Position numbers and translations under genes: made by a program. Shown piece after piece: positions 1-12,306 of a DNA stretch of 64,000 bases (the stretch's first letter is position 1; each line of letters begins with the position of its first letter). The notes under the pieces were generated by a model. That model saw only the letters and a program-made list of their open reading frames with translations. It did no database searches and was not told where the DNA came from. This stretch comes from Coleofasciculus sp. B1-GNL1-01 (GTDB taxonomy: Bacteria; Cyanobacteriota; Cyanobacteriia; Cyanobacteriales; Coleofasciculaceae): assembly GCA_040220235.1 (NCBI GenBank), contig JAVJTO010000102.1; one strand, 5' to 3'.

Positions 1-193
1 CACGGCGGAAAATTTACCTAGAGTTCAAACTCTCTACACTTAGTCATGAAAGTGGTAAGCGTGTAAATCTCTGTATTTTCTCCAACGAATCCCCCGCCCA
101 AAGGATGGGGGATTTCGCATTATCAGCATCCCATTTTAGAGGGGGGATTCCAAAACCGTAACTGTATCGCCGCCAAGCCAAGACTTAAAAATT

Positions 194-1285
194 ATGATTA
201 ACGGATATCAAATTATTGATGCAGATGCTCATGTATTTGAGCCGCAAGACCTTTGGCAAAATTACCTAGAACCTGGGTTAAAGCAGTTTGCCCTGACACC
301 ACCACCAGATATAACAATTCAGGGTGAAAAAATTTACCGCAAAATTTCTAATGACGTTCACAACTATGCGGTGAAAAATATCGGACGCAATCACCCGACA
401 TTGGGCATACCTAATGGTTTTGACTCAGAATCTCAAGTTAGAGCAATGATGCAGATGGGAGTTGATATCTCATTTCTCTATCCCAGCCTGGGATTGTGGG
501 TGATGGGAATCGATAGCATGACACCGCAACTGGCTGGAGCATTTACCAGAGCCTATAATAATTGGTTACATGACTTTTGTAGCTATAACCCGCAAATTCT
601 CAAAGGGGTGGGAGCAATCAATTTACACGATCCCGAAGAGATGATCCCTGAATTGCATCGAGTTGTCGCCTTTGGTTGGAATGCTGTCTTCTTGCGCTCC
701 AACCCCGTTCAGGGGCGACTACTGAGTGACCCCACCTACGAGCCATTTTGGACGGAGTGCGAAGCGCTAGGGGTAGCTGTGGGGATTCATGAAAGTGGCA
801 GTCACAGTCGTTTACCAACCACTGGCGCGGATCGGTTTAACACCCGTTTTGGGATGCACGCCTGCTCTCATCCAATGGAACAGATGATGGCATTGTTAGC
901 GCTGATTGAAGGGGGGGTGTTAGAGCGTCACCCTAACCTGAGAGTTGGCTTTCTCGAATCTGGCTGTGGTTGGTTACTCTATTGGCTGTGGCGTCTGGAT
1001 GAAGAGTATGAGGAGTTAGGTTGGGAAGTGAAGAATAACGTTACAATGAAGCCGTCCGAGTACTTCCGTCGCCAGTGCTTTATCACGATAGAGCCTTCTG
1101 AGCCTTATCTGGATCGGGTTATTCAGGATATTGGCGTTGATAACTTGCTCTTTGGTTCTGACTATCCTCACATGGATCACAAGCAGGATATTGTGACAAG
1201 AGCCGTGGCACTTCAGGAACAACTGGGTGAGGAAACGGTGCGAAAGATTCTTTGGCATAACCCTGTTCGTTTTTATGGATTGTAG
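194..1285 (+). CDS. Amidohydrolase-2 family metal-dependent hydrolase/decarboxylase
   Basis: N-terminal IIDADAH metal motif, VGIHE, FLESGCGW and C-terminal LLFGSDYPH, typical of the amidohydrolase TIM barrel. Confidence 0.88.
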   Translation: MINGYQIIDADAHVFEPQDLWQNYLEPGLKQFALTPPPDITIQGEKIYRKISNDVHNYAVKNIGRNHPTLGIPNGFDSESQVRAMMQMGVDISFLYPSLGLWVMGIDSMTPQLAGAFTRAYNNWLHDFCSYNPQILKGVGAINLHDPEEMIPELHRVVAFGWNAVFLRSNPVQGRLLSDPTYEPFWTECEALGVAVGIHESGSHSRLPTTGADRFNTRFGMHACSHPMEQMMALLALIEGGVLERHPNLRVGFLESGCGWLLYWLWRLDEEYEELGWEVKNNVTMKPSEYFRRQCFITIEPSEPYLDRVIQDIGVDNLLFGSDYPHMDHKQDIVTRAVALQEQLGEETVRKILWHNPVRFYGL

Positions 1286-1405
1286 CTATTTTAGTTATTC
1301 ACTCAATTATGGCTAAAAGAGAAAAAAGCACGACCATGTATTTGGCAATATAGAAAACCCTAAAATAACAGTCCAACTGAATAACACTTACTTCTGTTAA
1401 AAAAA

Positions 1406-4400
1406 ATGAACTTCACGACTGACTATCAAATTCTTGCCAAAATATACGAAAGCAATAATTCATTAGTCTATCGAGCGATTCTTCCCAAAAATCATCAACC
1501 CATTATTCTTAAGATTCTTAAAGAAGACTATCCCACTCCAGCAGAACTCAATCGATACAAGCAAGAATATGAAATAACCCGTTCCTTAAATCTGGAAGGT
1601 GTGGTTAAAGCATACAACTTACAGCGATATCAAAATAGCTTGATCATGCTATTGGAAGATTTTGGGGGAGAATCTTTAAGGAAATGGATGACCGAGTGCC
1701 AGTTTAATCTGAAAGAATGTCTCGATATTGCTCTAAAAATAACCGAAGGCTTGGGCGGAATTCATGCTGCCAATATCATCCACAAAGATATTAATCCATC
1801 AAATATTGTTTATAACCCAAAAACTGGACAATTAAAAATCATTGATTTTGGAATGTCTTCTGTTTTATCGCGGGAGAATCCAGCCGTTCGTAATCCGGAT
1901 CATCTGGAAGGCACGTTAGCCTATATTTCCCCAGAGCAAACAGGCAGAATGAATCGAGTGATTGATTATCGAACTGATTTCTATTCTCTGGGGGTTACAT
2001 TCTACGAACTTCTCACCTATCAACTTCCATTTAAAACGACTGATGCGATGGAGTTGGTGCATTGTCATATCGCTAAACAACCGATTCCACCTCATCGCTT
2101 GAGAGGAGGAGCAAATGAACTCAAGAATAGGGGGATCAACGAGATTCCTAAGACGGTTTCTGATATCGTCATGAAACTGATGGCAAAAACGGCAGAGGAT
2201 CGCTATCAAAGTACTTGGGGACTAAAAGCCGATTTAGAAAGCTGTTTAAGTCAATTACAAACTCAAGGTGAGATTTTAGAGTTCACTCTCGGTCAGCAAG
2301 ATATTTCAGATCAGTTTAAAATCCCGCAAAAACTCTATGGTAGGGAAACAGAAATCAAGAAACTGATAGCAACCTTTAATCAAGTGAGCCAAGGCACAAG
2401 TCAAATGATGCTTGTGGCGGGCTATTCAGGTGTTGGAAAGTCAGCATTAGTGAATGAAATTCATAAACCTATCGTGCGACAGCATGGGTATTTTATTTCC
2501 GGTAAATTTGATCAGTTTAAGCGGAATATTCCCTATGCTTCTATAATTCAGGCTTTCCAAGAATTGATGCGGCACTTGTTGACAGAAAGTGAAGCGCGTC
2601 TGCAAGCTTGGAGGCAAGAACTGCTAGCCGCACTGGGAAGCAATGGGAAGGTGATTACTGATGTTATTCCTGAAGTCGAAATAATTATTGGTAAACAGCC
2701 ACCCGTGCCGCAACTCGGTTCAACTGAGTCCCAAAATAGATTTAATTTAGTCTTTAAAAATTTTATTGGTGTTTTCACTAAAAAAGAACATCCTTTAGTT
2801 ATTTTTATGGACGATTTACAGTGGGCAGATTCTGCTTCTTTAAAGTTAATTCAGTTGTTAATGACTGAACCCGATATCCAATATTTACTCATAATTGGGG
2901 CATATCGAGATAATGAAGTCAGCGCCACACATCCTTTGATGTTCACCTTAGAGGAAATTGAGACTCATAATATAAATGTGAATACTATTACTCTTAAGCC
3001 TTTAACAATAGACTGTGTTAAGCAATTAATTTCTGATACGTTACACTCTTCGCAAGATGCAGCTAAACCTTTAGCTAATTTACTTTTAAATAAGACTAAT
3101 GGCAACCCGTTTTTTTTGACTCAATTACTTGAAAATTTATATCAAAGAAATATATTTTTATTCGATTCAAATACGGGATCATGGCAGTGGAATATTAATC
3201 AGATTCAAACTGTAGAAATAACTGATAATGTTGTTGAACTAATGGTCAGTAAAATTAAACGATTAGATGAGCCAACCCAAACTGTATTAAAATTGGCAGC
3301 CTGTATGGGCAACCGATTTAATTTAGATGTTCTCTCCGTCGTCAACTCCAAATCGTTGTCAAATACGGCTAACGATCTGTGGTCAGCCATACAAGAAGGG
3401 TTAATTATTCCGTTAAGTGATGATTACAAAATACCCCTGCTTTGGCAGAAAGAAAGCGAGTTAATTGACTCTGGAAAACCAGCCCACTCTCTCTTTTCGG
3501 CTCAGAAACATTCTATCTTTTATAAATTTTTGCATGACCGAGTTCAACAAGCGGCTTATGCTCTGATTCCCGATAACCATAAAAAAGAAGTTCATGTCAA
3601 AATTGGTCAATTATTGCTAGCGAACGTCAAAGAAAATGAACTCGATGAAAATATTTTTGCCATTGTTAACCAGTTAAATATTGGAGCCGAATTAATTAAC
3701 GAGCAGTCAGATAGAGATGAGTTGGCTCAATTAAATCTGATGGCTGGGAAGAAAGCCAGAGAAGCAACAGCTTATGAATCGGCTGTTAGGTACTTAACGA
3801 TAGGGTTAGATATCCTCTCATCAGATGCCTGGGAACGTCAGTATGACTTAACCCTGGAACTGCATATAGAAACGATTAAATCCCAATACCTCTGTACCCA
3901 ATTTGAGCAAGCACACAAGCTTTCTGCGGTTGTTCTAAAACATACTAAAACGCTGATTGATCAAGCTAAAGTGTATGAAATAAAGCTTCAATCCTACTAC
4001 TCGCAACTACAGTTCCAGTCAGCGATAGATACGGGACTTGAGATTTTAGCGAAATTGGGAATAGTTTTGCCCCAACAACCAAGCCAAAGGCGAATAAAAA
4101 AAGAACATAATGCATTCAAGTTACTTTTAGGCGATAAACGGATTAAAGACTTAGCTAATCTACCCGAAATGACGGCTGCTGATAAACTGGCAGCAATGAG
4201 AATCTTACTCGCGATCGCTTCACCTACTTATATTACTAATCCACCCTTGTTTGCGATGGTTGCTCATAGTTTAGTGACTCTCTGTATCAAGTATGGAAAT
4301 TCTAGTTTAGCTGTGGGGGGTTATATTAACTATGCTCTGTATCTATCTGGAATTGAAGGTTATAAAGAAGATGCTTATCATTTTGGTCAATTGTCTTTGC

Positions 4401-6880
4401 AGTTACTGGAAAAGTTTAATGCCCAACAATTTACAGCAAGAGTTCCCTTGATCTATAATACTCAGATTAAACATTGGAAAGAACATACTAAAACTACCAT
4501 AGAACCGTTACGAGAGGGATTAAATACCGGATTAGAACATGGGGATTTGGAGTATGCTGGCATGGCTGCAAATTCCTATTGCGCCAATCTATTCTTTATT
4601 GGCAAGAATTTGGATGACGTAGAACAACAGACCGCAAAGTATACTGAATTAATGCTCAAATTAAAGCTGGTATATTCTATACAATATTCCCAGGTTTTTC
4701 ATCAAACTGTATTGAATTTACTCAATCCCCCTATAGAGCAATTCAATTTAATTGGCAAAGCTTTTAATGAAACTCAATCTATTCCTAAATTAATAGAAGG
4801 AAAAAATTACTGTACATTGTGTCACTTGTATGCTAACAAAGCACTATTGTCTTTTTTATTCAAACATTATCAGCAGGTCATTGAACATATTAGATTAGGT
4901 CAATCCTACGCCAGTTCTGCTGCTGGAATGATAGCCCTCGTTCAGCTTAATTTTTATGAGTCAATAGGCAATTTAGGGTTATACTTTAAAGACCAGAGTT
5001 TAGAGAAAAAACAGTTAATTAATAAAACTAATATAAATCAAAAGCGTCTGAAAAAATGGGCAGCTCATTGCCCAGAAAATCATCAACATAAATATGAACT
5101 CGTGGAAGCGGAAAAAGCGCGGGTTTTGGGTCAACAAATCCCAGCCATGGAACATTATGATTCCGCGATTCGTGGGGCGAGAGAGCAAGGGTTCATCCAC
5201 GAAGAAGCCATCGCTTACGAACGGGCGGCGGAGTTTTATTTCTCCCTCGGTAGAGACGAAATCGGTAAATTCTACCTAAAAAACGCCCACCACTGCTACA
5301 CGCGCTGGGGTGCTAAAGCTAAAGTCAAAGCCTTGGAAGCAGAATATCCGCAAATTTTAGTTGGTGCAACCCATCGAACTGATAGTAAAGGGATTAGCAC
5401 CCGAATCTCTACATCGGGGCGTGATGCTCAAGCGTTAGATTTGTCAACGGTGATGAAAGCCTCGCAAACCCTCACCAGTGAAATTATGCTGGATAAGGTA
5501 CTGGCGAAACTGATGAATATTGCCATAGAGAATGCAGGCGCACAAAAAGGCTTTCTAATTTTACAATCCCAAATTGAGCCAGAGACTGAGCCAGGGAAAT
5601 GGGTAATTGAAGCCGAAGGTATCGTGGATTCAGAAGCGGTTAATATTTTGCGATCGCGTCCTGTAGATACGGTCGATCCTGACACCCAATTGCCCCTGCT
5701 GTCAACCGCTATCATCAACTACGTCATCCACACCAAGGAAAATATTGTCCTCAATGACGCCACCCATGAAGGACAATTTACCCGCGATTCCTATATCGTC
5801 GCCACTCACCCCAAATCCATCCTCTGCACCCCCCTCCTCAATCAAGGCAAACTAACAGGTATTCTTTACTTAGAAAATAACCTCGCCACCGACGCCTTTA
5901 CACCCGAACGAGTCGAAACCTTAAAAATTCTATCCGCCCAAGCCGCTATCTCCATCGAAAATTCCCGCCTTTACCAACAACTCGAAGCCTACAGCCGTAA
6001 CCTGGAAATTAAAGTTGATGAAAGAACCCAGGAACTCCAAGACAAAAATCAGGAACTCTCCGCCACCCTGAAAAAACTCAAAGCCACCCAAGATAAAATT
6101 ATCGCCCAAGAGAAACTCGCCTCCCTCGGTGCATTAACCGCCGGGATTGCCCATGAAATTAAAAATCCCTTAAACTTTGTCAATAACTTCGCCGAACTGT
6201 CGGCTGAGTTAACCGAAGAACTCTTAGAAGAACTCGACAGTCAAAAAGAACGATTAGACCCGGAAAGCACCGAATACATCGAAGAAATTCTCAGTGACTT
6301 AGAACAAAACGTAAAAAAAATCAACGAACATGGCAAACGCGCCGACAATATTGTGCGCGGGATGTTGATGCATTCACGGGGTCAAGGGAACGAACGCCAA
6401 CTCATCGATATCAACGCACTTCTATCTGAATATGTAAATCTGGCATATCACGGAATGCGTGCTAAAGACTCCTCATTCAACATCACCATTGAAACCGACT
6501 ATGACCCCACCCTTGGTCAAATTAATATTGTGCCGCAAAATATCAGTCGCGTCTTTCTCAATGTGATCAATAATGCCTGTTATGCTGCCCATGACAAGAA
6601 AAAATCCGTTGACACAGACTTTACTCCCACACTCTCCGTTACCACCAAAAATCTAGGCGATAAAGTCGAAATCCGTATCCGAGATAACGGTAATGGCATC
6701 CCAGCAGACATTCGAGATAAAATATTCAACCCCTTCTTTACCACCAAACCCACAGGTCAAGGAACAGGGTTGGGATTATCCATTAGTCACGATATCATTG
6801 TGGGAGAACATCAAGGGGAGATTCAGGTAGCAACTGAAGTAGGCACATATACCGAGTTTAAGATTATTTTGCCGCAATAA
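1406..6880 (+). CDS. Ser/Thr kinase - AAA ATPase - GAF - histidine kinase multi-domain sensor (1824 aa)
   Basis: Kinase HKDINPSN and DFG; Walker A GYSGVGKS and Walker [12 protein letters not shown] (PKSILCTPL...LYLEN); H-box [15 protein letters not shown] and GQGTGLGL G-boxes. Confidence 0.93.
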   Translation: MNFTTDYQILAKIYESNNSLVYRAILPKNHQPIILKILKEDYPTPAELNRYKQEYEITRSLNLEGVVKAYNLQRYQNSLIMLLEDFGGESLRKWMTECQFNLKECLDIALKITEGLGGIHAANIIHKDINPSNIVYNPKTGQLKIIDFGMSSVLSRENPAVRNPDHLEGTLAYISPEQTGRMNRVIDYRTDFYSLGVTFYELLTYQLPFKTTDAMELVHCHIAKQPIPPHRLRGGANELKNRGINEIPKTVSDIVMKLMAKTAEDRYQSTWGLKADLESCLSQLQTQGEILEFTLGQQDISDQFKIPQKLYGRETEIKKLIATFNQVSQGTSQMMLVAGYSGVGKSALVNEIHKPIVRQHGYFISGKFDQFKRNIPYASIIQAFQELMRHLLTESEARLQAWRQELLAALGSNGKVITDVIPEVEIIIGKQPPVPQLGSTESQNRFNLVFKNFIGVFTKKEHPLVIFMDDLQWADSASLKLIQLLMTEPDIQYLLIIGAYRDNEVSATHPLMFTLEEIETHNINVNTITLKPLTIDCVKQLISDTLHSSQDAAKPLANLLLNKTNGNPFFLTQLLENLYQRNIFLFDSNTGSWQWNINQIQTVEITDNVVELMVSKIKRLDEPTQTVLKLAACMGNRFNLDVLSVVNSKSLSNTANDLWSAIQEGLIIPLSDDYKIPLLWQKESELIDSGKPAHSLFSAQKHSIFYKFLHDRVQQAAYALIPDNHKKEVHVKIGQLLLANVKENELDENIFAIVNQLNIGAELINEQSDRDELAQLNLMAGKKAREATAYESAVRYLTIGLDILSSDAWERQYDLTLELHIETIKSQYLCTQFEQAHKLSAVVLKHTKTLIDQAKVYEIKLQSYYSQLQFQSAIDTGLEILAKLGIVLPQQPSQRRIKKEHNAFKLLLGDKRIKDLANLPEMTAADKLAAMRILLAIASPTYITNPPLFAMVAHSLVTLCIKYGNSSLAVGGYINYALYLSGIEGYKEDAYHFGQLSLQLLEKFNAQQFTARVPLIYNTQIKHWKEHTKTTIEPLREGLNTGLEHGDLEYAGMAANSYCANLFFIGKNLDDVEQQTAKYTELMLKLKLVYSIQYSQVFHQTVLNLLNPPIEQFNLIGKAFNETQSIPKLIEGKNYCTLCHLYANKALLSFLFKHYQQVIEHIRLGQSYASSAAGMIALVQLNFYESIGNLGLYFKDQSLEKKQLINKTNINQKRLKKWAAHCPENHQHKYELVEAEKARVLGQQIPAMEHYDSAIRGAREQGFIHEEAIAYERAAEFYFSLGRDEIGKFYLKNAHHCYTRWGAKAKVKALEAEYPQILVGATHRTDSKGISTRISTSGRDAQALDLSTVMKASQTLTSEIMLDKVLAKLMNIAIENAGAQKGFLILQSQIEPETEPGKWVIEAEGIVDSEAVNILRSRPVDTVDPDTQLPLLSTAIINYVIHTKENIVLNDATHEGQFTRDSYIVATHPKSILCTPLLNQGKLTGILYLENNLATDAFTPERVETLKILSAQAAISIENSRLYQQLEAYSRNLEIKVDERTQELQDKNQELSATLKKLKATQDKIIAQEKLASLGALTAGIAHEIKNPLNFVNNFAELSAELTEELLEELDSQKERLDPESTEYIEEILSDLEQNVKKINEHGKRADNIVRGMLMHSRGQGNERQLIDINALLSEYVNLAYHGMRAKDSSFNITIETDYDPTLGQINIVPQNISRVFLNVINNACYAAHDKKKSVDTDFTPTLSVTTKNLGDKVEIRIRDNGNGIPADIRDKIFNPFFTTKPTGQGTGLGLSISHDIIVGEHQGEIQVATEVGTYTEFKIILPQ

Positions 6881-6954
6881 TAGTAGCCAGGGCGCGTCTT
6901 GAACAGTGTAGTGTAGGGGCGACCCGCTGTACATTAGTGTCAACTTAAGCTCAA

Positions 6955-7215
6955 CCCCTCACCCCCAGCCCCTCTCCCAAGCTTGGGGGGGAGCAAGAGG
7001 GGAGCAAGAGAATCCGGTTCCCCTTCTCCCGTGCCAAAAAAAGCGAAGCATCCGCTGGCTTCCCCGTGCCAAAAAAGCGAAGCATCCTTTGGCTTCCCCC
7101 TTTTGAAGGGGGACGGGAGGGGGATCTGAAGGGGGACGGGAGGGGGATCTAATAGGGGGACGGGAGGGGGATTCAAAAGGGGGACGGGAGGGGGATTCAA
7201 AAGGGATGAGGGGGA
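6955..7215. repeat. Intergenic C/G-run hairpin repeats and ~23-24 bp tandem repeats (core GGGGGACGGGAGGGGGAT)
   Basis: Four tandem units at ~7108-7200; TGGCTTCCCCCTTTTGAAGGGGGACGGGAGGGGGATCT recurs identically at ~52000-52037; related hairpins at ~26640, ~30230 and ~38400. Confidence 0.85.
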
Positions 7216-7266
7216 AAATGCTTAACAGTTTATGTCACTCTTGATAAATTGAGAGGAAAGGGAAAA

Positions 7267-7653
7267 ATGATAAAAGTCATGGTAGTCGATGATGAAAAAG
7301 ATGTTCTGTTGTTGTTTCGACAACGATTTAGAAAAGAGATTAGACAGGACAAAATTGAATTTCACTTTGCGTTCTCAGCCAAGGAAGCCCTCTACTATCT
7401 GGAAATGGAAAGCAAAAAAGAAAATTGTGTGGTCTTAATCCTGTCCGATATTAATATGCCGGAAATCAACGGCTTAGAATTACTTAAAACTATCAAAACC
7501 CAATTTCCCAGCTTAAAAGTTTTTATGATTACCGCTTACGGCGACGACGAAAACTATCGCCTGTCCCAAGAATACGGAGCTGATGATTATATTCATAAAC
7601 CCGTTGACTTTGACCAACTCAAAGAAAAAATCTTTAATTTATCCACAACCTAG
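7267..7653 (+). CDS. Single-domain response regulator (CheY-like)
   Basis: VVDDE, LSDINMP (phospho-Asp), ITAY and KP motifs; ATG at 7267 preferred over TTG at 7249. Confidence 0.92.
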   Translation: MIKVMVVDDEKDVLLLFRQRFRKEIRQDKIEFHFAFSAKEALYYLEMESKKENCVVLILSDINMPEINGLELLKTIKTQFPSLKVFMITAYGDDENYRLSQEYGADDYIHKPVDFDQLKEKIFNLSTT

Positions 7654-7667
7654 CCGACTGAAAACCA

Positions 7668-8852
7668 ATGCCAGCCAAAATACTGGTTGTCGATGATGAA
7701 CCCGACATAGAACCCCTAATCCGTCAAAAATTCAGAAAAAAGATTCGGCGCAAAGAATTCCAGTTTAGCTTTGCCTGTAATGGTGTGGACGCCCTAGAAA
7801 AGATACAAGCTGACTCTGATATTGATATGGTTTTAACCGATATTAATATGCCCCAAATGGACGGGTTAGCCTTGCTGATGAAACTGGCAGCAGACTATCC
7901 AGCGATTAAAACCGTGATCCTGTCCGCTTATGGGGATATGAACAATATTCGAGCGGCGATGAACTTAGGCGCGTTTGATTTTCTCACCAAACCCATTGAT
8001 TTTCAAGACTTAGAAATTACCACCTACAAAACCCTCAACCATGTCCAGCAAATCAAACAAGCCTTAGCCCAAAAAAACTATCTCAAGCGCTTAGAAGCCG
8101 AAAACCTCCGCCTCAACACCGAACTCGATATTACCCGACGACTGCAACAGATGCTGTTACCCACAGAAACAGAACTACATCAAATTCAGGGACTCGATAT
8201 CGCTGGGTATATGCAACCCGCCAATGAAGTCGGGGGAGACTATTACGACGTACTGCAACACAATGGCAGGGTGAAAATTGGCATCGGCGATATCACGGGT
8301 CACGGATTAGCCAGTGGTGTCCTGATGCTGATGGTACAAACGGCGGTGCGGACATTGCTGGTCAATAATGAGACCAACACCGTTAACTTTTTCAGTACCC
8401 TCAACCAAACGATTTACCACAACCTACAACGGATGCGCTGCGACAAGAACTTAAGCCTGGTCTTAATCGACTATCATCAGGGAACTCTAACTGTGAGTGG
8501 ACAACATGAGCAAATGATTGTGCTACGCTCTGAAGGTAGGATTGAGCGAATTGATACGATTGATTTAGGCTTCCCCATTGGTTTGGCAGAGGCTATTGCC
8601 GACTTTGTGGCGGAAGCGACCGTACAGTTGTATCCCGGTGATGGAGTTGTCCTCTATACCGACGGGATTACAGAAGCCGAAGATATTAATGGGGTGCAAT
8701 ATGGGCTAGAACGGCTGTGTCAAGTCTTAAGTAACAACTGGCACAAGTCAGCCTGTGAGATTAAACAGGCAGTTATTGACCAAGTGTGGCAGCATATTGG
8801 AAACCAGAAAGTTCATGATGATATCACCTTACTTATTCTTAAGCAGCAGTGA
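7668..8852 (+). CDS. Response regulator with SpoIIE/PP2C (RsbU-like) phosphatase output
   Basis: REC (VVDDE, TDINMP, KP), then VGGDYYD, GDITGHG, YTDGITEA and DDITL. Confidence 0.93.
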   Translation: MPAKILVVDDEPDIEPLIRQKFRKKIRRKEFQFSFACNGVDALEKIQADSDIDMVLTDINMPQMDGLALLMKLAADYPAIKTVILSAYGDMNNIRAAMNLGAFDFLTKPIDFQDLEITTYKTLNHVQQIKQALAQKNYLKRLEAENLRLNTELDITRRLQQMLLPTETELHQIQGLDIAGYMQPANEVGGDYYDVLQHNGRVKIGIGDITGHGLASGVLMLMVQTAVRTLLVNNETNTVNFFSTLNQTIYHNLQRMRCDKNLSLVLIDYHQGTLTVSGQHEQMIVLRSEGRIERIDTIDLGFPIGLAEAIADFVAEATVQLYPGDGVVLYTDGITEAEDINGVQYGLERLCQVLSNNWHKSACEIKQAVIDQVWQHIGNQKVHDDITLLILKQQ

Positions 8853-8950
8853 TTGGTCATTGGTCATTGGTCATTGGTCATTGGTCATTGGTCATTGGTC
8901 ATTGGTCATTGGTCATTGGTCATTGGTCATTGGTCATTGGTCATTGGTCA
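8853..8950. repeat. STRR-type heptamer tandem repeat (TTGGTCA)14
   Basis: 14 perfect copies directly after the stop codon, followed by a few GGGAATA-like units. Confidence 0.97.
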
Positions 8951-9049
8951 GGGAATAGAGAATAGGGAATAGAGTCGAGGTGTTCCCTATCTCCCAGACG
9001 TTCCACGGTCACGTCTCTACAGTCAGCCCATCCTTATCAGGCAAAAACA

Positions 9050-11974
9050 ATGCCAGCAAAAATACTGGTTGTCGATGATGAACCTGATTTAGAAGTCCTA
9101 ATTCGCCAGAAGTTTAGAAAAAAAATTCGGCGTCAGGAACTCCTGTTTATTTTCGCCCGGAATGGTGTAGATGCTTTGGGAAAACTGCACGCCCAACCGC
9201 ATATTGATATGGTTTTAACCGATATTAATATGCCCGAAATGGATGGGTTAACCTTGCTGACACACCTCGCCCAAGATTATCCCACCACTAAAGCTGTGAT
9301 TCTTTCTGCCTATGGGGATATGGAAAATATCCGCAAAGCCATGAATCTGGGAGCGTTTGACTTCCTGACTAAACCTATCGATTTCCAAGATTTAGAGATT
9401 ACCACCCATAAAACCCTAAACCATGTGCAACAGCTCAAAGCCGCACAACAGCAGGAGAGTTTGGCACAACAAGCGCAAGCTGACTTATTAGAAAATCTAC
9501 GCCAAGAAGTGATTGAGCGCAAGCGCGTCCAAGAGGCATTACGGGCGAGTGAGAGACAGTTGGCACAATTTCTAGAAGCTGTACCCGTAGGCTTATTTGT
9601 CGTTGATGCTGAGGGTCAATCTCACTATGCAAACCAACGGGCGCAACAACTTGTCGGAAAAGAGATGATACCGGGTGCAACGGTTGAAGAATTGTCCCAA
9701 GTTTATCAAATCTACGTCGCCGGAACTAATCAACTCTACCCCACCGAGGAAAACCCCATCGTGCGAGCCTTATGGGGGGAACGAGTCACTGTGGATAATC
9801 TGGAAATTCATCGCGGGGATCAAGTGATTCCCTTGGAAGTCTGGGCAACTCCCATCTATAATGAACAGGGTGAAATTGTTTATGCGATCGCGGCTTTTCA
9901 AGATATCAGTCTCCACAAGCAAGCTGAAGCAGAACGGCTTCAGTTTACCCAAGCCTTAGAACAACAGAATGCGGCGTTGCAGCGCCTAGACCAACTCAAA
10001 GATGAGTTTTTAGCCAATACCTCCCACGAACTACGGACTCCCCTGAATGGCATTATTGGCATTACTGAATCCCTCATCGATGGGGCGGCGGGTTCCCTGT
10101 CTGAGATGCAAATCGCGAATCTGGCAATGGTTGTTTCCAGTGGGAAGCGCCTGAACAGCCTCATTAATGATATTTTGGATTTTGCCAAACTGAAAAACCA
10201 AGATATCAAATTACACCGCAAATCAGTGGACTTTCGCCAAATCACGGAAGTGGTGCTTACCCTATCTCGCCCCCTGATTAAGGGCAAATCTATCGACTTA
10301 AACAATGAAATACCCACAGATTTTCCTGGTATTGATGGCGACGAGAATCGGTTGCAACAAGTTATGTATAATCTGGTGGGCAATGCGATTAAGTTTACCG
10401 AATCAGGTTCTATTACCGTGTCAGCCACCCAGCAGCAAAATATGGCAGAAATAACGGTGGCAGATACGGGGATTGGTATTTCCCTGGATAAATTCGAGGA
10501 TATTTTTAAATCTTTTGAGCAACTTAACGCCTCGGTTTCCCATTCCTCTAGGGGGACAGGATTAGGATTAAGTATTACCAAACAACTGATTGAACTTCAC
10601 GGCGGTAGGATTCGCGTTGAGTCAGAAGTGGGTCAAGGTTCACGATTTATTTTCACGCTTCCTCTCAGTTTCCAACCGATTGCATCTTCATCAGACTATA
10701 GAACGGATATTACCAAAGTACGGGACTATAGTAACTCTTTTCCCAGTGAACTGTTGCCCCTGATGTCTAAAACGGGCGAGTTCACGATTTTAGTGGTAGA
10801 CGACGAACCGATTAATTTGCAGGTAGTGACGAATCACTTATCTGTACAAAATTATGCCATTGTTCAAGCCACCAGTGGGATAGAGGCTTTAGCCAAAATC
10901 GAGCAGGGATTTAAACCGGATCTGGTGATTCTAGATATTATGATGCCCAAAATGTCAGGCTACGAAGTCTGCCAAAAAATTCGCGAACGCTTTCCAGCCA
11001 CTGAAGTACCAATTATTATGTTGACGGCGAAGGAACAAGTCTCAGATTTAGTGGAAGGGTTGAGTGTGGGCGCGAATGATTATTTAACTAAACCGATTTC
11101 TAAACATGAATTGATTGCCCGGATCAAAACCCATCTTTATCTGGCGAAAATCAATAGTGCTTATGGGCGCTTTGTTCCCCAAGAATTTCTCCGCTTTTTG
11201 GGCTATGAAAGCATTGTGGATGTGCGCTTGGGAGATCAGGTGCAGCAGGATATGTCGATTATGTTTGCGGATATTCGCAATTTTACGACTCTATCAGAAA
11301 GTATGTCGCCCCAGGAGAATTTTAACTTTCTCAATTCTTATTTAAAACAAGTGGGACCAATTATCCGTAAGCATCAGGGGTTTATCGATAAATACATTGG
11401 CGACGCAATTATGGCACTGTTTCCCCAGACTGCCGATGATGGCTTAAAAGCGGCGATTGAAATCCAGAAACAGGTGACACGTTATAACCGCGATCGCGAA
11501 AAAGCAGGGTATCCTTCAATTACCATTGGCATTGGCTTACATACAGGCAGTTTAATGCTAGGAACCATTGGGGAACAGCAGCGCATGGAAACTACCGTAA
11601 TTTCTGATACGGTTAACCTAGCATCACGCTTAGAAGATTTGACAAAAATCTACGGGGCATCCATTTTAATTAGTGGTTACACTTTGTTTTGTTTAGAGGA
11701 TCAAAGTCAATATCACTATCGATTTATCGGTCAGGTGCAGGTTAAAGGTAAAAAAAACTTGGTTCCAGTCTTTGAATTTTTTGATGCGGAACCGGAGTAT
11801 ATCATCCAATTAAAAGAAAATACTAAAACCACATTTGAAGCAGGAATCGTTAATTTTAATCAAAATAAAATTGATGTAGCTTTGAGAATATTTGAACATA
11901 TTATAGCAATTAATTGGCGCGATAGAGCGGCGCTTAATTACATTAAACTTTGTAAAAGGACACGACCACAATAG
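9050..11974 (+). CDS. Hybrid REC-PAS-His kinase-REC-class III adenylate cyclase
   Basis: N-terminal REC; PAS/PAC ([27 protein letters not shown]); [18 protein letters not shown]; second REC LDIMMP; cyclase [31 protein letters not shown]. Confidence 0.92.
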   Translation: MPAKILVVDDEPDLEVLIRQKFRKKIRRQELLFIFARNGVDALGKLHAQPHIDMVLTDINMPEMDGLTLLTHLAQDYPTTKAVILSAYGDMENIRKAMNLGAFDFLTKPIDFQDLEITTHKTLNHVQQLKAAQQQESLAQQAQADLLENLRQEVIERKRVQEALRASERQLAQFLEAVPVGLFVVDAEGQSHYANQRAQQLVGKEMIPGATVEELSQVYQIYVAGTNQLYPTEENPIVRALWGERVTVDNLEIHRGDQVIPLEVWATPIYNEQGEIVYAIAAFQDISLHKQAEAERLQFTQALEQQNAALQRLDQLKDEFLANTSHELRTPLNGIIGITESLIDGAAGSLSEMQIANLAMVVSSGKRLNSLINDILDFAKLKNQDIKLHRKSVDFRQITEVVLTLSRPLIKGKSIDLNNEIPTDFPGIDGDENRLQQVMYNLVGNAIKFTESGSITVSATQQQNMAEITVADTGIGISLDKFEDIFKSFEQLNASVSHSSRGTGLGLSITKQLIELHGGRIRVESEVGQGSRFIFTLPLSFQPIASSSDYRTDITKVRDYSNSFPSELLPLMSKTGEFTILVVDDEPINLQVVTNHLSVQNYAIVQATSGIEALAKIEQGFKPDLVILDIMMPKMSGYEVCQKIRERFPATEVPIIMLTAKEQVSDLVEGLSVGANDYLTKPISKHELIARIKTHLYLAKINSAYGRFVPQEFLRFLGYESIVDVRLGDQVQQDMSIMFADIRNFTTLSESMSPQENFNFLNSYLKQVGPIIRKHQGFIDKYIGDAIMALFPQTADDGLKAAIEIQKQVTRYNRDREKAGYPSITIGIGLHTGSLMLGTIGEQQRMETTVISDTVNLASRLEDLTKIYGASILISGYTLFCLEDQSQYHYRFIGQVQVKGKKNLVPVFEFFDAEPEYIIQLKENTKTTFEAGIVNFNQNKIDVALRIFEHIIAINWRDRAALNYIKLCKRTRPQ

Positions 11975-12021
11975 CGTTAAGTAGAGGGCTTACTTTTCAC
12001 AGCATCTGGCTGAATTAGGAA

Positions 12022-12230
12022 GTGTAGGGACAGGTTATAGGGAATGTAGGGGCGGGTTATAGGGACTGTAGGGGCGGGTTTAGGGACTAAAGACAGCTAT
12101 TCACCAATAACGGCACAACAAAACCCGCCCTCTCCACCAATAACGGCACAACAAAACCCGCCCTCTCCACCAATAACGGCACAACAAAACCCGCCCTCTC
12201 CACCAATAACGGCACAACAAAACCCGCCTT
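12022..12230. repeat. REP-like cluster: GTAGGGGCGGGTT left arms plus a 33-bp tandem repeat (about 4 copies) carrying AAAACCCGCCC right arms
   Basis: Unit CACCAATAACGGCACAACAAAACCCGCCCTCTC repeated from 12102; complementary GGGGCGGGTT arms upstream; lies between convergent genes. Confidence 0.9.
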
Positions 12231-12306
12231 TATGTATAATCTAATCTCAACCGTTAACTTTAATCGTCTCCACCCAGTTAAAAGAAACAGAAAACCGATT
12301 TCCGCC

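Noticed and set aside
6940..7200. 86-aa Pro-rich ORF
   Set aside because: Translation of intergenic G/C-run tandem repeats.
8755..8958. 67-aa ORF with WSLVIGH repeats
   Set aside because: Translation of the (TTGGTCA)14 repeat overlapping a real gene.
12102..12230. 33-bp repeats as a CRISPR array
   Set aside because: Units are directly adjacent with no unique spacers and there are no cas genes; they are REP arms.
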